64,000 nt of DNA from Bacilli bacterium (GCA_017511805.1 JAFWJA010000021.1:149360-213359); one strand, 5' to 3'; positions 9,601 to 18,011 are shown, counted from the first letter of the stretch. Numbers and translations are program-made. Notes: generated by a model from the sequence alone, not told the origin.

Positions 9601-10977
9601 GATGACGATGGTTATTACTGGGAAAAACAAGAAGATGGTAGCTATAAAAAAACTAATAAAGTTGTTAATGAAAGATTGTTTAATAAGGATGGAATTCATC
9701 AAATTACTAAGACTAGATATGATGAATTTGGCTTTGATATCGATGGTATAAATGAGTTCACAAATACAAAATATGATAAACATGGTTTTGATTATACTCA
9801 CCGTACAAAAGATTTATCTGAGTATAATGAATATGGATTTAGATATGATGGTATTCATGAAAATAATACTAGATATGATGATAATGGTTTTGATATAGAT
9901 GGGATACATAAAGATACAGGTTTACCATATAATACTGATTTCATTGATAGAGATGGTAAAAAGTATTTAAACCTTGTAGAAAATAAAGGATATACTAAAA
10001 AGGATGGATATTATTTAGATAGAAATAACTTTGATAATGCTGGTTTCTATTATAAAGAAGTAGATGGCAAGATCGTACCTACAGGACTTAAAGTTAATGA
10101 AAGAGGGTTTACTAAGAGTGGTATATTTGAAGAAACAAATTCTCTTTTAGATCATAATGGTTTTGATATGGCAGGAGTCTTCTATCCATCTAATAGATAT
10201 GTTAAAAAAGGAAAATCATTGCCATATGACTTAAAATTCTTTGATTGTGATGGACATTATTACAAAGAAGAAAATGGTGTAAGAGTAAAAACAAATAATA
10301 TGTTTAATGAACATGGATTTGGTAGAGATGGCATGTTATGGGTAAAACAAGAAGATGGAACTTATATAAAAACTGATCTTAAGTATAATGATGAAGGTAT
10401 TGATTTTTATGGATTCAATAAAGATGGTATATTTGTAGAAACCGGTTTACCATATGATAGAAATCACTTTAATGTAAATGGTGTTCATACAATTACAAAA
10501 GAAAAAAGAGATGAAACCGGTTTTGATAGAGATGGAAGAAGACCAAATGGTGATTATGTAGATGGATCAGGATTCTATCAAAATGGAATTAATTATGAAA
10601 CTAATACAAGATATGATAAGCATAATTTAGATATATTCCATATTGAAAAATCTAAAAGAGAGGATAATTTTGCTGTTAATATGGCAAGAGATTTCTTAAC
10701 TGGTAAGAAGACAAAAAGTGAAATAACTGCTTTAGTTGCTAAAGGAATTACAGATAAGCTTGAACAACATAATAAGTTTACTCTAATTATATATAAAGGA
10801 GTAAGAATATGTCCGGAATTAAAAGATATTGTTATAAATAGAATTAAAAAATTATCAATTATGTTATGTAGTGCTCGTTTACAGTTAGAAAAACTAGAAA
10901 AAGAAGCAGCTGCGGAAAAAATAAAAGAAATAAAAACTATAAAGGGTAATATTAGTTATTACAAGAATTTTGTATAG
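3670..10977 (+). CDS. Giant multidomain protein: putative ART-like N-terminus, SF2 (DExH, ResIII-like) helicase, long YDxxGFDxxG-type repeat region
   Basis: AAGGGG RBS before ATG 3670; helicase motifs LRDYQ, LPTGAGKS, IIFDELH, GITATP, NMLNEGVHI, QQIGRV; repeats from about 7500 to 10640. Confidence 0.85.
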   Translation: MNKIFSIDNYSVIEDDDNYYYFRCLEDIDIEAIEKGKVSISGKSFDKLVTYREKYNETHLSPSRFTETSTISLDEMWSHIKKNFFQGTNCVSFSTNCNVSIDYDSGNSKYLMIKVPKTGVDNIYLAGQYMVSELDKYIENVITTLSPLDECIPLISRIREINSNSELRKYISEIIKNYNYSDSDNILKRFDDKQFFNEEQQLEYNKIIAKLSVLELFEKIDNILPRTNMNSSLLSTISMAYSSGEVIVYNGIIPSDNMVVSKTIIDLFSLLQQAEDKDRNNEKIKELKRLVLKYALEGYDLISENGVLYFGNDKDRVKIGISDYSLLLPENDVDFKKQVSLREVYDLTHGQIPYNKAKTALDFTVNAAKSKIKTYELFNILRIISKEIDADSIIDRMEKETYAIDSRIINRRNNSGTRICESVNIDMNETRRQVFNRSEQDKMLSYINRLSSDNLRLLISSDGLRIEKNLCETILDSSSVVGINEYYATTIIDQIDFYKIFKEERDLTEEERNILISRLSSIDCYRLYTSFEKLGISRDIINSIIFNLLVEDGFKDYNLLELSNAPDIDEIVAKNISNFNTKITPLRVDRALGVVDNINMVENSYISLRDYQQDALDSIEAIFNDKRFAGVILPTGAGKSFVAMAEMLKYQKKNIIYYAPNTGILAQVKKHILRNIIGLEVITDEEKKERIKNGEIINKNIVTLSEADDIIKTVFPHLKFYCYQGLLHKDEEFLRSHDADLIIFDELHRTGADEWNHRVKALINNNPNAKILGITATPVRDDASHKDMMFEFALLSGDYSEEELIRKQYLASELYLTDAMQEGIVVIPNLITFDYTLDSTDEFKELKVMKEKAKTVEAREKIESNYLEMLEIIKNSEKKGMSTLVKEAIENNGKRKNGKYIIFLPMNSTDKTTIEYIKEQMGLVREYFSLIDPDPEMSFLYSDRGDNKDNDKIIEEFEKESDHLKLIFALNMLNEGVHIEGLDGIMMLRPIGVNSKILYSQQIGRVIHALSPEIDVESNDAPLIFDVYNNYLSHNMDREVNKTTITSDLQKMRYIASWIKKHGNYFPDINSTEATEYRKAITLKRIKAKYSRYLDDPINSNITRSEAYEIEEILKIGKTLNLWDREIGDRIIDDAETTEARVNTFKVTGEQKRFLDLYREAKQVKSAPKINVGTIRLKNALSTLELLSEYGFEINNSTIKKGTILSDVLALLPKDVVKLIEGELQVSLDYELYEEYNYAKTMLYARHKIFAEQSIKTLRLCGLFQPFVDAKEREKSSIDERGFILHGHSNIVGYNIFTGTKYDNAGYDSSGVDESLFAEFSIYNKYGFNRKGKHIYTRSFYNECGFDVRGNYFVRDENGYYINMGKYDENGFDMDHMWHKKIVDSITGEVSYDPNGTEYDENGFNYLGLNEFFFNRDGFYCEIKTTQKRSGIDYSIEIKEVEPTSLTISPRGFNKDGLYIDGSKYDENGFDAKGLYLDNTPYNEYGFNCNKKYKDTLREYDNKDFDFYGIHRITRELYDEHHFDRDGFLYKLVDGKYVKSDDKIDEYGFDCDGYFWKRDSKGYLVKTDKVVNERGFYISRLHNRTSRPFDENHFDIDGYLWIIGDNNHYCRSDRRINDYHFDCDGYYYKKNENGDLVKTDQKIDERGFDIRRINAYTNEYWDENGLDVDGLYKTILTSKSFGIDGYYWKKQANGLYKKTTSLYNDTGKDKNNKTKPFVPFPNADWDEYGRDSRGSFYTIRNNNQFDKAGFYWEFKATKVYSKTDKRTNPRGFLSSGKHSVTLELWDEKGFDINNRLDTIRRAKYFDSNGFYWKKQAYGYAKTDKKLDPNGFDGSGLHYITRELWDESGRDIRRTFSTISNNKCFDSKGFYWERQSDGTYKRTDKKVDPNGFNKDCINVETNEYWDKDGRDIKGRFDIIRQFNFVGRDGHYWDQKGGRYYKTSITWEDHITTPIKTKWDSTGKDKKGSYKTIEKARCFDDDGYYWEKQEDGSYKKTNKVVNERLFNKDGIHQITKTRYDEFGFDIDGINEFTNTKYDKHGFDYTHRTKDLSEYNEYGFRYDGIHENNTRYDDNGFDIDGIHKDTGLPYNTDFIDRDGKKYLNLVENKGYTKKDGYYLDRNNFDNAGFYYKEVDGKIVPTGLKVNERGFTKSGIFEETNSLLDHNGFDMAGVFYPSNRYVKKGKSLPYDLKFFDCDGHYYKEENGVRVKTNNMFNEHGFGRDGMLWVKQEDGTYIKTDLKYNDEGIDFYGFNKDGIFVETGLPYDRNHFNVNGVHTITKEKRDETGFDRDGRRPNGDYVDGSGFYQNGINYETNTRYDKHNLDIFHIEKSKREDNFAVNMARDFLTGKKTKSEITALVAKGITDKLEQHNKFTLIIYKGVRICPELKDIVINRIKKLSIMLCSARLQLEKLEKEAAAEKIKEIKTIKGNISYYKNFV
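7500..10640 (+). repeat. Intragenic protein-level tandem repeats (YD/WDxxGFDxxG units; six ~60-aa higher-order units at 8650-9700)
   Basis: Dozens of (Y/W/I)D(E/x)xG(F/R)DxxG units; WD anchors at 8650, 8842, 9022, 9199, 9379, 9538. Confidence 0.85.
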
Positions 10978-10984
10978 GTGTATT

Positions 10985-11161
10985 ATGGATAAAGTAGAAC
11001 TATATAAAAAATATAAACTAGGTCTTATTAAATTAGAGGACTTAGACATAATTGATTTACTATCAATTCTTGAATATATGGAATATGAAATAGACCATGT
11101 AATTAAAGAAATAAAAGTAAAAGAATCTGAATTAATTGATTTAAAACCGGATGATGATTAA
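10985..11161 (+). CDS. Small acidic hypothetical protein, co-transcribed with the giant helicase gene
   Basis: AGGTG RBS overlapping the upstream stop, ATG 10985, 58 aa; terminator follows immediately. Confidence 0.6.
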   Translation: MDKVELYKKYKLGLIKLEDLDIIDLLSILEYMEYEIDHVIKEIKVKESELIDLKPDDD

Positions 11162-11190
11162 GAAAAAACCATTTTTAATGGTTTTTTCTT
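11161..11190 (+). terminator. Intrinsic terminator
   Basis: agaaaaaaccatt-ttt-aatggttttttct. Confidence 0.8.
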
Positions 11191-11225
11191 TTTCTTTAAA
11201 ATGTTATAATGAAAGTGGTGGTAAT

Positions 11226-12320
11226 ATGTTTGAAAACGCAATTGAAGTATTAAAACTAATTGAAAAAAAAGGTTTTAAAGCATATATAGTTGGAGGTTAT
11301 GTTAGAGATATTTATTTATCTAATACATCAACTGATATAGATATATGTACTAGTGCTAAACCTAAAGATTTAGTTAAAATATTTAAAAAAAATATTATTA
11401 TTGATGAGAACTATGGTTCTGTTAAGTTAGAGTATAAGAATACTTGTTTTGATATTACTACTTTTAGAAAAGATATTAAGTATAAAGATAATAGAAGACC
11501 TTCTGAAATAGAGTATGTTGATTTACTAGAGGAAGATCTTAAAAGAAGAGATTTTACTATAAATACTTTATGTATGGATAGTAATGGTAATATTATAGAT
11601 ATACTTAATGCTAAAAAAGATATTACTTCTAAGATAATAAAAACTGTTGGAGATGCAAATGAAAAGTTTAGTGAAGATGCTCTAAGAATTTTAAGAGCGG
11701 TAAGATTTGCGTGTACTTTAAATTTTAAGATAGATAAAGAAATAGAAAAAGCTATTAAAAAGAATATTAAATCTATTACTAGTTTATCTTTCCACAGGAA
11801 AAAATCAGAACTAAATCATATATTTAGATCTCCTAATTATGAATATGGAATTAAGTTGTTAAATAAATATAAACTAGATAAATATTTAGAAATATCTAAT
11901 TTAAATAAGATTAAAAAGACGTCTGATGTACTTGGTATGTGGAGTCAAATTAAATATTCAGATAATTATCCATTTAGTAAATTAGAAAAAGAAACTATAA
12001 AAAATATAAGAGAAATACTTTTATATGGTAAAATAGATAATTATGTACTTTATAAGTATGGTAATTGTATTACTTTAACCGCTGGTGAAATATTAGGTAT
12101 AGATAAAAAAGATATACTTGAAGAATATGATAAACTACCTATTTATTCAAAAGAAGATGTTAAGATAAATATATTAGAGATATCTAATTTACTTGGTATT
12201 GAACCATCTAAGAAGGTTAGAGATATATTATCTGATATAGAATTAAAGATAATATCAGGAGAATTAAAAAATAATAAAAAAGATATAGAAAAATATATAA
12301 CTGATAAATATAAGAGGTGA
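11226..12320 (+). CDS. cca: CCA-adding tRNA nucleotidyltransferase
   Basis: AYIVGGYVRD, DIDICT, DLKRRDFTIN, EDALRILRAVRF; likely start ATG 11226 after TGTTATAAT and GGTGG. Confidence 0.92.
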   Translation: MFENAIEVLKLIEKKGFKAYIVGGYVRDIYLSNTSTDIDICTSAKPKDLVKIFKKNIIIDENYGSVKLEYKNTCFDITTFRKDIKYKDNRRPSEIEYVDLLEEDLKRRDFTINTLCMDSNGNIIDILNAKKDITSKIIKTVGDANEKFSEDALRILRAVRFACTLNFKIDKEIEKAIKKNIKSITSLSFHRKKSELNHIFRSPNYEYGIKLLNKYKLDKYLEISNLNKIKKTSDVLGMWSQIKYSDNYPFSKLEKETIKNIREILLYGKIDNYVLYKYGNCITLTAGEILGIDKKDILEEYDKLPIYSKEDVKINILEISNLLGIEPSKKVRDILSDIELKIISGELKNNKKDIEKYITDKYKR

Positions 12321-12324
12321 TAAT

Positions 12325-12963
12325 ATGAAAAATGATGTATTAAATAGTGTTATTAAAGTTAATGATAATTTAATTATGCCAGGAGTTATCGTCAAAAATT
12401 TTGATAAATTAGAAATGGATGCTCATGAATTATTACTTATGTTATATTTTATTAATCAAAAAGATAATGTCACTTTAGATGTTTCTAGAATATCAAAAGA
12501 TTTAAATTTAGAAAGTGCTACTGTATTTGATTTAATTAATAGATTAAATGAGAAAAACTATATATCTATTGAAATGAAAAAGAATAATGGTGTTATAGAA
12601 GAATTTATATCAACAGAGTTATTCTATAATAAGTTAACATCACTTTTATTAGATCAAAAGAAAGAAGAAAGTGATAATGATATATATTCTTTATTTGAAC
12701 AAGAATTTGGTAGACAATTAAGTCCAACTGAATGTGAGAATATAGATAGATGGATAGAAAAAGGTATTAGTGAAGAACTAGTAAAAGAAGCACTTAAAGA
12801 AGCAATATTAAGTGGCGTTAGAAGTATGAGATATATTGATAAGATATTATTTAACTGGTCTAACAATGGATATAAATCAGTTGAGGATATTAAAAGAAAA
12901 AAAGAAAAGAAAGATGATGAAGTTATAGAAAAAATATATGACTATGATTGGTTAAATGAATAG
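12325..12963 (+). CDS. dnaD: DNA replication protein DnaD
   Basis: FEQEFGRQLSPTE...YIDKILFNW (YxxxIxxxW motif), YDYDWL terminus. Confidence 0.9.
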   Translation: MKNDVLNSVIKVNDNLIMPGVIVKNFDKLEMDAHELLLMLYFINQKDNVTLDVSRISKDLNLESATVFDLINRLNEKNYISIEMKKNNGVIEEFISTELFYNKLTSLLLDQKKEESDNDIYSLFEQEFGRQLSPTECENIDRWIEKGISEELVKEALKEAILSGVRSMRYIDKILFNWSNNGYKSVEDIKRKKEKKDDEVIEKIYDYDWLNE

Positions 12964-12964
12964 T

Positions 12965-13024
12965 AAAAGCAAGTGTAAAATACTTGCTTTTTTAATTGAC
13001 AATATTTGTTCAAGAGATTAATAT
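12965..13024 (+). promoter_or_regulatory. dnaD terminator abutting a sigmaA promoter of the next gene
   Basis: aaaagcaagt-gtaaaat-acttgctttt, then TTGACA(12996)-N17-TAATAT(13019). Confidence 0.7.
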
Positions 13025-13044
13025 ACAATTAGGAGGTATCGATT

Positions 13045-13320
13045 ATGGATGGAAAGAAGACTTTAGAAGCATTTAAAAATCTTGTTAATAAGAATATTGA
13101 TTTATATACACATGGTGTATTAGTTCAATATGGTTTAACTGATGAACAAGCTTTAGAAATAGTTTCAAATTTAACTGGAATATCTAAAGAAAGTTTAGTT
13201 GAAGCTAAAAAGCAAAGAGAAGAAGCTTTTTTATCAAGTATGAGAGGATTCGTTAGTAATAATCCTAAAGATGAGGGTAAAGAAGGTCCATTTTCTGCTA
13301 TAGCTAGTGTATTAAACTAA
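13045..13320 (+). CDS. Hypothetical protein
   Basis: AGGAGG RBS, own promoter, terminator at 13323-13349. Confidence 0.75.
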   Translation: MDGKKTLEAFKNLVNKNIDLYTHGVLVQYGLTDEQALEIVSNLTGISKESLVEAKKQREEAFLSSMRGFVSNNPKDEGKEGPFSAIASVLN

Positions 13321-13409
13321 AGAAAACACTGGATTAATCTAGTGTTTTTATTTGCTTTTTTATAATTATTTGTTAAAATATTAATTACAAATTAATTGGA
13401 GATGATTAT

Positions 13410-15050
13410 ATGAATAGAAATGAACAAGAACAAATAAGACATGAAGAGTTTTTAAAATCACTTAATGAAGCAAGTAATATTAGTGAATTACCAAAGAAGA
13501 TAAATGCATCAACTATTTTATCTACTTTAACAAGTTTAGCTTCTTTTAAAGATTCTAGAATGGAAAAAGATAAAATGCAAGTATTTGTTTATAAATTAAC
13601 TGGAGATCTAAGTTATATAATCAGTAAAGAATTTAGTGATAGTTTACAGGAGGTTCTTAGAGATAATAATCTTTCTAAAGATGCAGAAGTAATTCATAAT
13701 AAAGCAATGGAAATTATAACTAATAAAAGATTATTTAATCTTGTATCTGAATATCATAGATGGAATAACAAATACTTAGATTTATTGTATAAACAAATAA
13801 CTAAAAAACATGAAGATGTAATGAAACAAATTAATAGAGCTTATGAAATAGAAGATTTACCTAAAGTAAGTATTGCTTCTATTAATAGACAAATATCTAT
13901 AATATTATATGATTTATTTAATAAAAAACAGCTAAAAGTTGATTCTACAGGTAAGATTTCAAAATTATTAGTTAATGGAATATCATTTGATAATGTGCAA
14001 ATGAAGAAGAGCGTTGAATATATTTGTAAAAAAAATAAAATGATAGAATCTTTTGAATCTATGTCTTTAAGTGAAAAAGTAGATTACGTCATTAGTATTT
14101 TAGAATCTAATTATGTATTAGATTATTTAGTTCAAGAAGTAATAGCTAAAGAAAAAAGAGTTTTATTTATTTATAAAGAAGAACATGAAGATATAATGAA
14201 TCAAATTAATTCAGCAACTAGAATAAGAGAATTACCAAATAATATATCTTTATCAAAAATAACTAGTTATTTATCAGGAAATTCATTAATTGTTCCAAAA
14301 GGACCAGTAGTTTCTAGTACAGATTTTATTAAAATTGCTAATTTGTTAATAGAAGGTAAAAAGTTTTCAGATGATGAAATAAAATCTGAATTAGGAAAAA
14401 TAGTATTTAAATATTATGAAGATGAACAAGTACAATTTCCATTTGATTTATTATATAAAAAACTATCTTCTTTACCAAAATTAGATTATTATGTAGAAGA
14501 GGTTAGAGAATATATAAAAAGACAAAATGAGTTTGTTAAAAGAGGATCAAGTAATGTTAATGTATATATGATTCCAAATGATCATTCACCATTAGATGGT
14601 GGTAAATTCTATAATATTTATATTAGTAGCGCTGTAGATTTAAATCTAGAAGAAATACTTCCATTAAATTTAAATGAAATTGTTCCACCTAATATGGATG
14701 TGGATGCGATTGAGTGGTATGTTAGAAATCATGAAAAAGGTGATAAGACATTTAAGGCTGCTGGTGGAATAATTTTAAATAAAGATGAATCAATTGGTAG
14801 TGTTAATGTATTTAAACCAGCTGATGGTAAAGTAGGTATTACACCAGAAGAAAAGAAGAATTATCAACAACTAGAAGACTTAAGTAAAAAATTAAAAGAA
14901 ATAACAGACAAGAGTAAAAAAGCTAAAGAAGAGTACTTAAAGTCACAGGCATCAATTGATGAAGAAATAACTTCTATTCAAACAGAAATAACCAGTTTGA
15001 TTGAAGATAATGAGAAAAAGAAAAAAGTATTAAAAAATACTAGTAATTAA
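13410..15050 (+). CDS. Hypothetical protein with three ~120-aa repeats and C-terminal coiled coil
   Basis: HE(E/D)xxxx(L/I)NxAxxIx(E/D)LP motif occurs three times; GGAG RBS. Confidence 0.8.
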   Translation: MNRNEQEQIRHEEFLKSLNEASNISELPKKINASTILSTLTSLASFKDSRMEKDKMQVFVYKLTGDLSYIISKEFSDSLQEVLRDNNLSKDAEVIHNKAMEIITNKRLFNLVSEYHRWNNKYLDLLYKQITKKHEDVMKQINRAYEIEDLPKVSIASINRQISIILYDLFNKKQLKVDSTGKISKLLVNGISFDNVQMKKSVEYICKKNKMIESFESMSLSEKVDYVISILESNYVLDYLVQEVIAKEKRVLFIYKEEHEDIMNQINSATRIRELPNNISLSKITSYLSGNSLIVPKGPVVSSTDFIKIANLLIEGKKFSDDEIKSELGKIVFKYYEDEQVQFPFDLLYKKLSSLPKLDYYVEEVREYIKRQNEFVKRGSSNVNVYMIPNDHSPLDGGKFYNIYISSAVDLNLEEILPLNLNEIVPPNMDVDAIEWYVRNHEKGDKTFKAAGGIILNKDESIGSVNVFKPADGKVGITPEEKKNYQQLEDLSKKLKEITDKSKKAKEEYLKSQASIDEEITSIQTEITSLIEDNEKKKKVLKNTSN

Positions 15051-15063
15051 ACTAGTATTTTTT
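15032..15063. terminator. Bidirectional terminator between convergent genes
   Basis: aaaaatactagt-aattaa-actagtattttt. Confidence 0.75.
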
Positions 15064-15620
15064 TATTCAAATATTCTTGCTATAGATTTAATATTTTTCT
15101 TAAATATAATTACGTCAATAATGTCACATACACTATATATTACACATAATCCACCAATTACTTTAGTTAATGTTAATGCCCCTATTTCAGGATTAAATAT
15201 TAAACATAAACCAACTATTATTGTTAATAATGATAATACATAAGTAATTAACCAACTAGAATTGTTTGTATCTTTAAGTGCTAAAGACATTCTAAGTTTG
15301 AATGTAGAACTAAGTATCATCCATACACCTAATACTATAGGGATAATTAGTGCTATATAATCTGTATTAGATATAATTATTATACCTAAAATTATAGATA
15401 ATAAACCAGATGTGAAACCATCAAAGAAGTAAAAAATTTTAAATTGTTTATAATCATCAATAATACTTGCAATACCATGTACAATTAATAATCCGGCCAT
15501 TATATAAGCCATAGTTTCTAATGATATTTTAGTAAATATTATTAGAGTTAATCCTACAATACAAAATAGAATTGATGTTAATAACGATATTGTCATTAAT
15601 TTATTAAATTTCTTTTTCAT
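15063..15620 (-). CDS. HdeD/DUF308-family membrane protein
   Basis: Six hydrophobic helices with G-rich 'GLLSIILGIII' and 'LGVWMILSS' pattern. Confidence 0.75.
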   Translation of the reverse strand: MKKKFNKLMTISLLTSILFCIVGLTLIIFTKISLETMAYIMAGLLIVHGIASIIDDYKQFKIFYFFDGFTSGLLSIILGIIIISNTDYIALIIPIVLGVWMILSSTFKLRMSLALKDTNNSSWLITYVLSLLTIIVGLCLIFNPEIGALTLTKVIGGLCVIYSVCDIIDVIIFKKNIKSIARIFE

Positions 15621-15713
15621 ACAATCACCTCTATTATATATAAGTTTATTATTTTTTTAAATAAAAGTCAATGATTAGGGTAATTACTTATGTAAAGAGA
15701 GAATATAACTAAT

Positions 15714-17192
15714 ATGAGATATATTAATTATTTAGAATATTTAAATTTAAAAAATAAAAATAGTTTATTATTAAAATATAAAGTGTTTAAAAATAATAAA
15801 TTTTTTTTAAAAGAAAAACTATCAAAAGAACTAGTAATAAATAATATAAAACTAGATTTATATCAAAAGAAATCTATATTCATCCATGAAGTGAATATGC
15901 TTATCCTTGCAGGAGCAGGCTCCGGTAAAACATTAACTATACTAGGAAAAATAGATTACTTAATAAATGAACTACATATTAAACCAGAAGAAATATTATG
16001 TATTTCATATACTAATAAAACAGTCTTGGAATTAAAAAATAAAATAAAACATAATATAGATATATTTACTTTTCATAAGTTAGCGCTTGAAATAATAAAA
16101 GATTATAATTATTATTCATTAGAAAGTTCTGATTATTTAAGTTATATAATTGATGAAGTATTTTTATCTATTTGTAATAATATAGACCTATCTTTGTTAA
16201 AGAGTATTAATAAAGAAATAACTAGTTTTATTAATGTATTTAAGGTAAATGAATATAAAATTGAATATTTAGATAGACTAATTAAAAAGAATAAAGATCT
16301 AGTGCTTAAAGTAATTAAAAAGATATTTTGTTTATATGAAGAAGAACTATTTAGTACTAGATCTATTGATTTAAATGATTCTATTAGTATAGCAACCTCT
16401 TTAATTAGAAGTAAGGGTCTAAAAAGGTACTATAAGTGCATTATAATAGACGAATTTCAAGATATTTCAGTTAGTAGGTGTAATCTTATTGCTGAGATAA
16501 AAAATGCCTGTAATAGCTATTTATTTGCGGTTGGAGATGATTATCAATCTATATATAAATTTACGGGTTCTAAATTAGATCTAATTATTAATTTTAAAAA
16601 GTATTTTGATCATCCTAAAATAATTAGATTAAATAAAGTATATAGGAATTCAAATGAACTAATAAAAACAGCATCTTCTTTTATTATGAAGAATAAAAAT
16701 CAATTAAGAAAGAATATGAGTTCAGATAAAAGTATTAAAAAACCAATTAAGATTATATATTATAAAAAGAATATGGGTATTAAATTAAAAAAGATTTTAG
16801 AACAAGGTAATTTCTTAATACTAGGTAGAAATACATATGATATTAATTATGTACTTGATGATGATATAAAACTAGATAATAATAAAGTTCTTTATAAGAA
16901 TAAAGAATATGTTTATATGACTATGCATAAATCTAAAGGGTTAGAAAGTGATAATGTTATTATTTTAAATCTATCTAATTATTCATTTCCTAGTATTGAA
17001 AGAAAAAGTGTTACTAACTTATTACTAAAAAAAGATAAATATAAATATGAAGAAGAAAGAAGATTATTTTATGTTGCATTAACTAGGACTAAAAACTATG
17101 TATATTTACTTGTGGATAAAGATAATGCATCTATCTTTGTTAAAGAATTATTATTAAGAAGCAGGAAATATATTGAAATATTAGACATATAA
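15714..17192 (+). CDS. UvrD-family (helicase IV-like) SF1 helicase, compact
   Basis: LAGAGSGKT, IIIDEFQD, VGDDYQSIY, TMHKSKGLE, EERRLFYVALTR. Confidence 0.9.
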   Translation: MRYINYLEYLNLKNKNSLLLKYKVFKNNKFFLKEKLSKELVINNIKLDLYQKKSIFIHEVNMLILAGAGSGKTLTILGKIDYLINELHIKPEEILCISYTNKTVLELKNKIKHNIDIFTFHKLALEIIKDYNYYSLESSDYLSYIIDEVFLSICNNIDLSLLKSINKEITSFINVFKVNEYKIEYLDRLIKKNKDLVLKVIKKIFCLYEEELFSTRSIDLNDSISIATSLIRSKGLKRYYKCIIIDEFQDISVSRCNLIAEIKNACNSYLFAVGDDYQSIYKFTGSKLDLIINFKKYFDHPKIIRLNKVYRNSNELIKTASSFIMKNKNQLRKNMSSDKSIKKPIKIIYYKKNMGIKLKKILEQGNFLILGRNTYDINYVLDDDIKLDNNKVLYKNKEYVYMTMHKSKGLESDNVIILNLSNYSFPSIERKSVTNLLLKKDKYKYEEERRLFYVALTRTKNYVYLLVDKDNASIFVKELLLRSRKYIEILDI

Positions 17193-17207
17193 TATATAGG
17201 AGGTTAT

Positions 17208-18011
17208 ATGACATTTACAAAAATGCAAGGTCTAGGTAATGACTTTATTGTGACAGATCTATTTAATAACAATCTTTTATTAAGTAATAAACAAATACTA
17301 GAAATAGGTAGAATTCTATGTAATAGACATTTCTTTGTAGGAGGAGATGGATTTATTCTTATTAGTAATAGTGATATCGCAGATTTAAAGATGATTATAG
17401 TTAATAAAGATGGAAGTGAAGCTAATATGTGTGGTAATGGTCTTAGATGCGCTGGATTATACGCCTATAAAAGAGGTCTAGTTATGAAAAAAGATATGAC
17501 TTTTGAAACTAAATCAGGTGTAAGAAGAGTTAGAATATTAGATGATTCAGTCGAAGGTGATATGGGTAAACCTGTAATAGGTACTAACATAGATTTAGAT
17601 AATAAGACTTTTACTTTAATATCTATGGGTAATCCACATGCAATAACAAGAGTAAACAATATTTATGTGGATTTTGAAAAGATAGGTAAAAATATAAGCG
17701 ATAAACTAGATTCTAATGTAGAATTTATTGAAGTAACAGATAAAAATAATATTAATATGAGAGTATATGAAAGAGGAGTAGGTGAAACTTTATCATGTGG
17801 AACAGGAGCGTCTGCCTCAACTATGTTTACTTATCTTAATGGTTTAACAGATAAATCTATTACGGTTCATATGAGAGGTGGAAAACTAGATGTTAGTTAT
17901 GAAGACGATGAACATGTATATATAAAAGGACCAGTAGAGGAAGTATATAACGCAGCGATAGATGCGAAAAAAGTACTAAAATTAGTTAATAATAATCTAG
18001 ATAGTAGATGA
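17208..18011 (+). CDS. dapF: Diaminopimelate epimerase
   Basis: FTKMQGLGNDF, NMCGNGLRC, SMGNPHA, ERGVGETLSCGTG. Confidence 0.95.
   Translation: MTFTKMQGLGNDFIVTDLFNNNLLLSNKQILEIGRILCNRHFFVGGDGFILISNSDIADLKMIIVNKDGSEANMCGNGLRCAGLYAYKRGLVMKKDMTFETKSGVRRVRILDDSVEGDMGKPVIGTNIDLDNKTFTLISMGNPHAITRVNNIYVDFEKIGKNISDKLDSNVEFIEVTDKNNINMRVYERGVGETLSCGTGASASTMFTYLNGLTDKSITVHMRGGKLDVSYEDDEHVYIKGPVEEVYNAAIDAKKVLKLVNNNLDSR

Noticed and set aside
4206-9801. Short ORFs inside the giant helicase gene (4206-4439, 7615-7806, 8210-8434, 8720-9010, 9235-9801)
   Set aside because: Alternate-frame or antisense by-products of repetitive coding sequence.
7500-10640. Possible CRISPR array or DNA tandem repeat
   Set aside because: Repeats are conserved only at the protein level inside an open frame; no identical direct repeats with spacers and no cas genes.
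15670-15700. TTATGTAAA resembling the XerD arm of a dif site
   Set aside because: No matching XerC arm, and gene orientation does not switch here.
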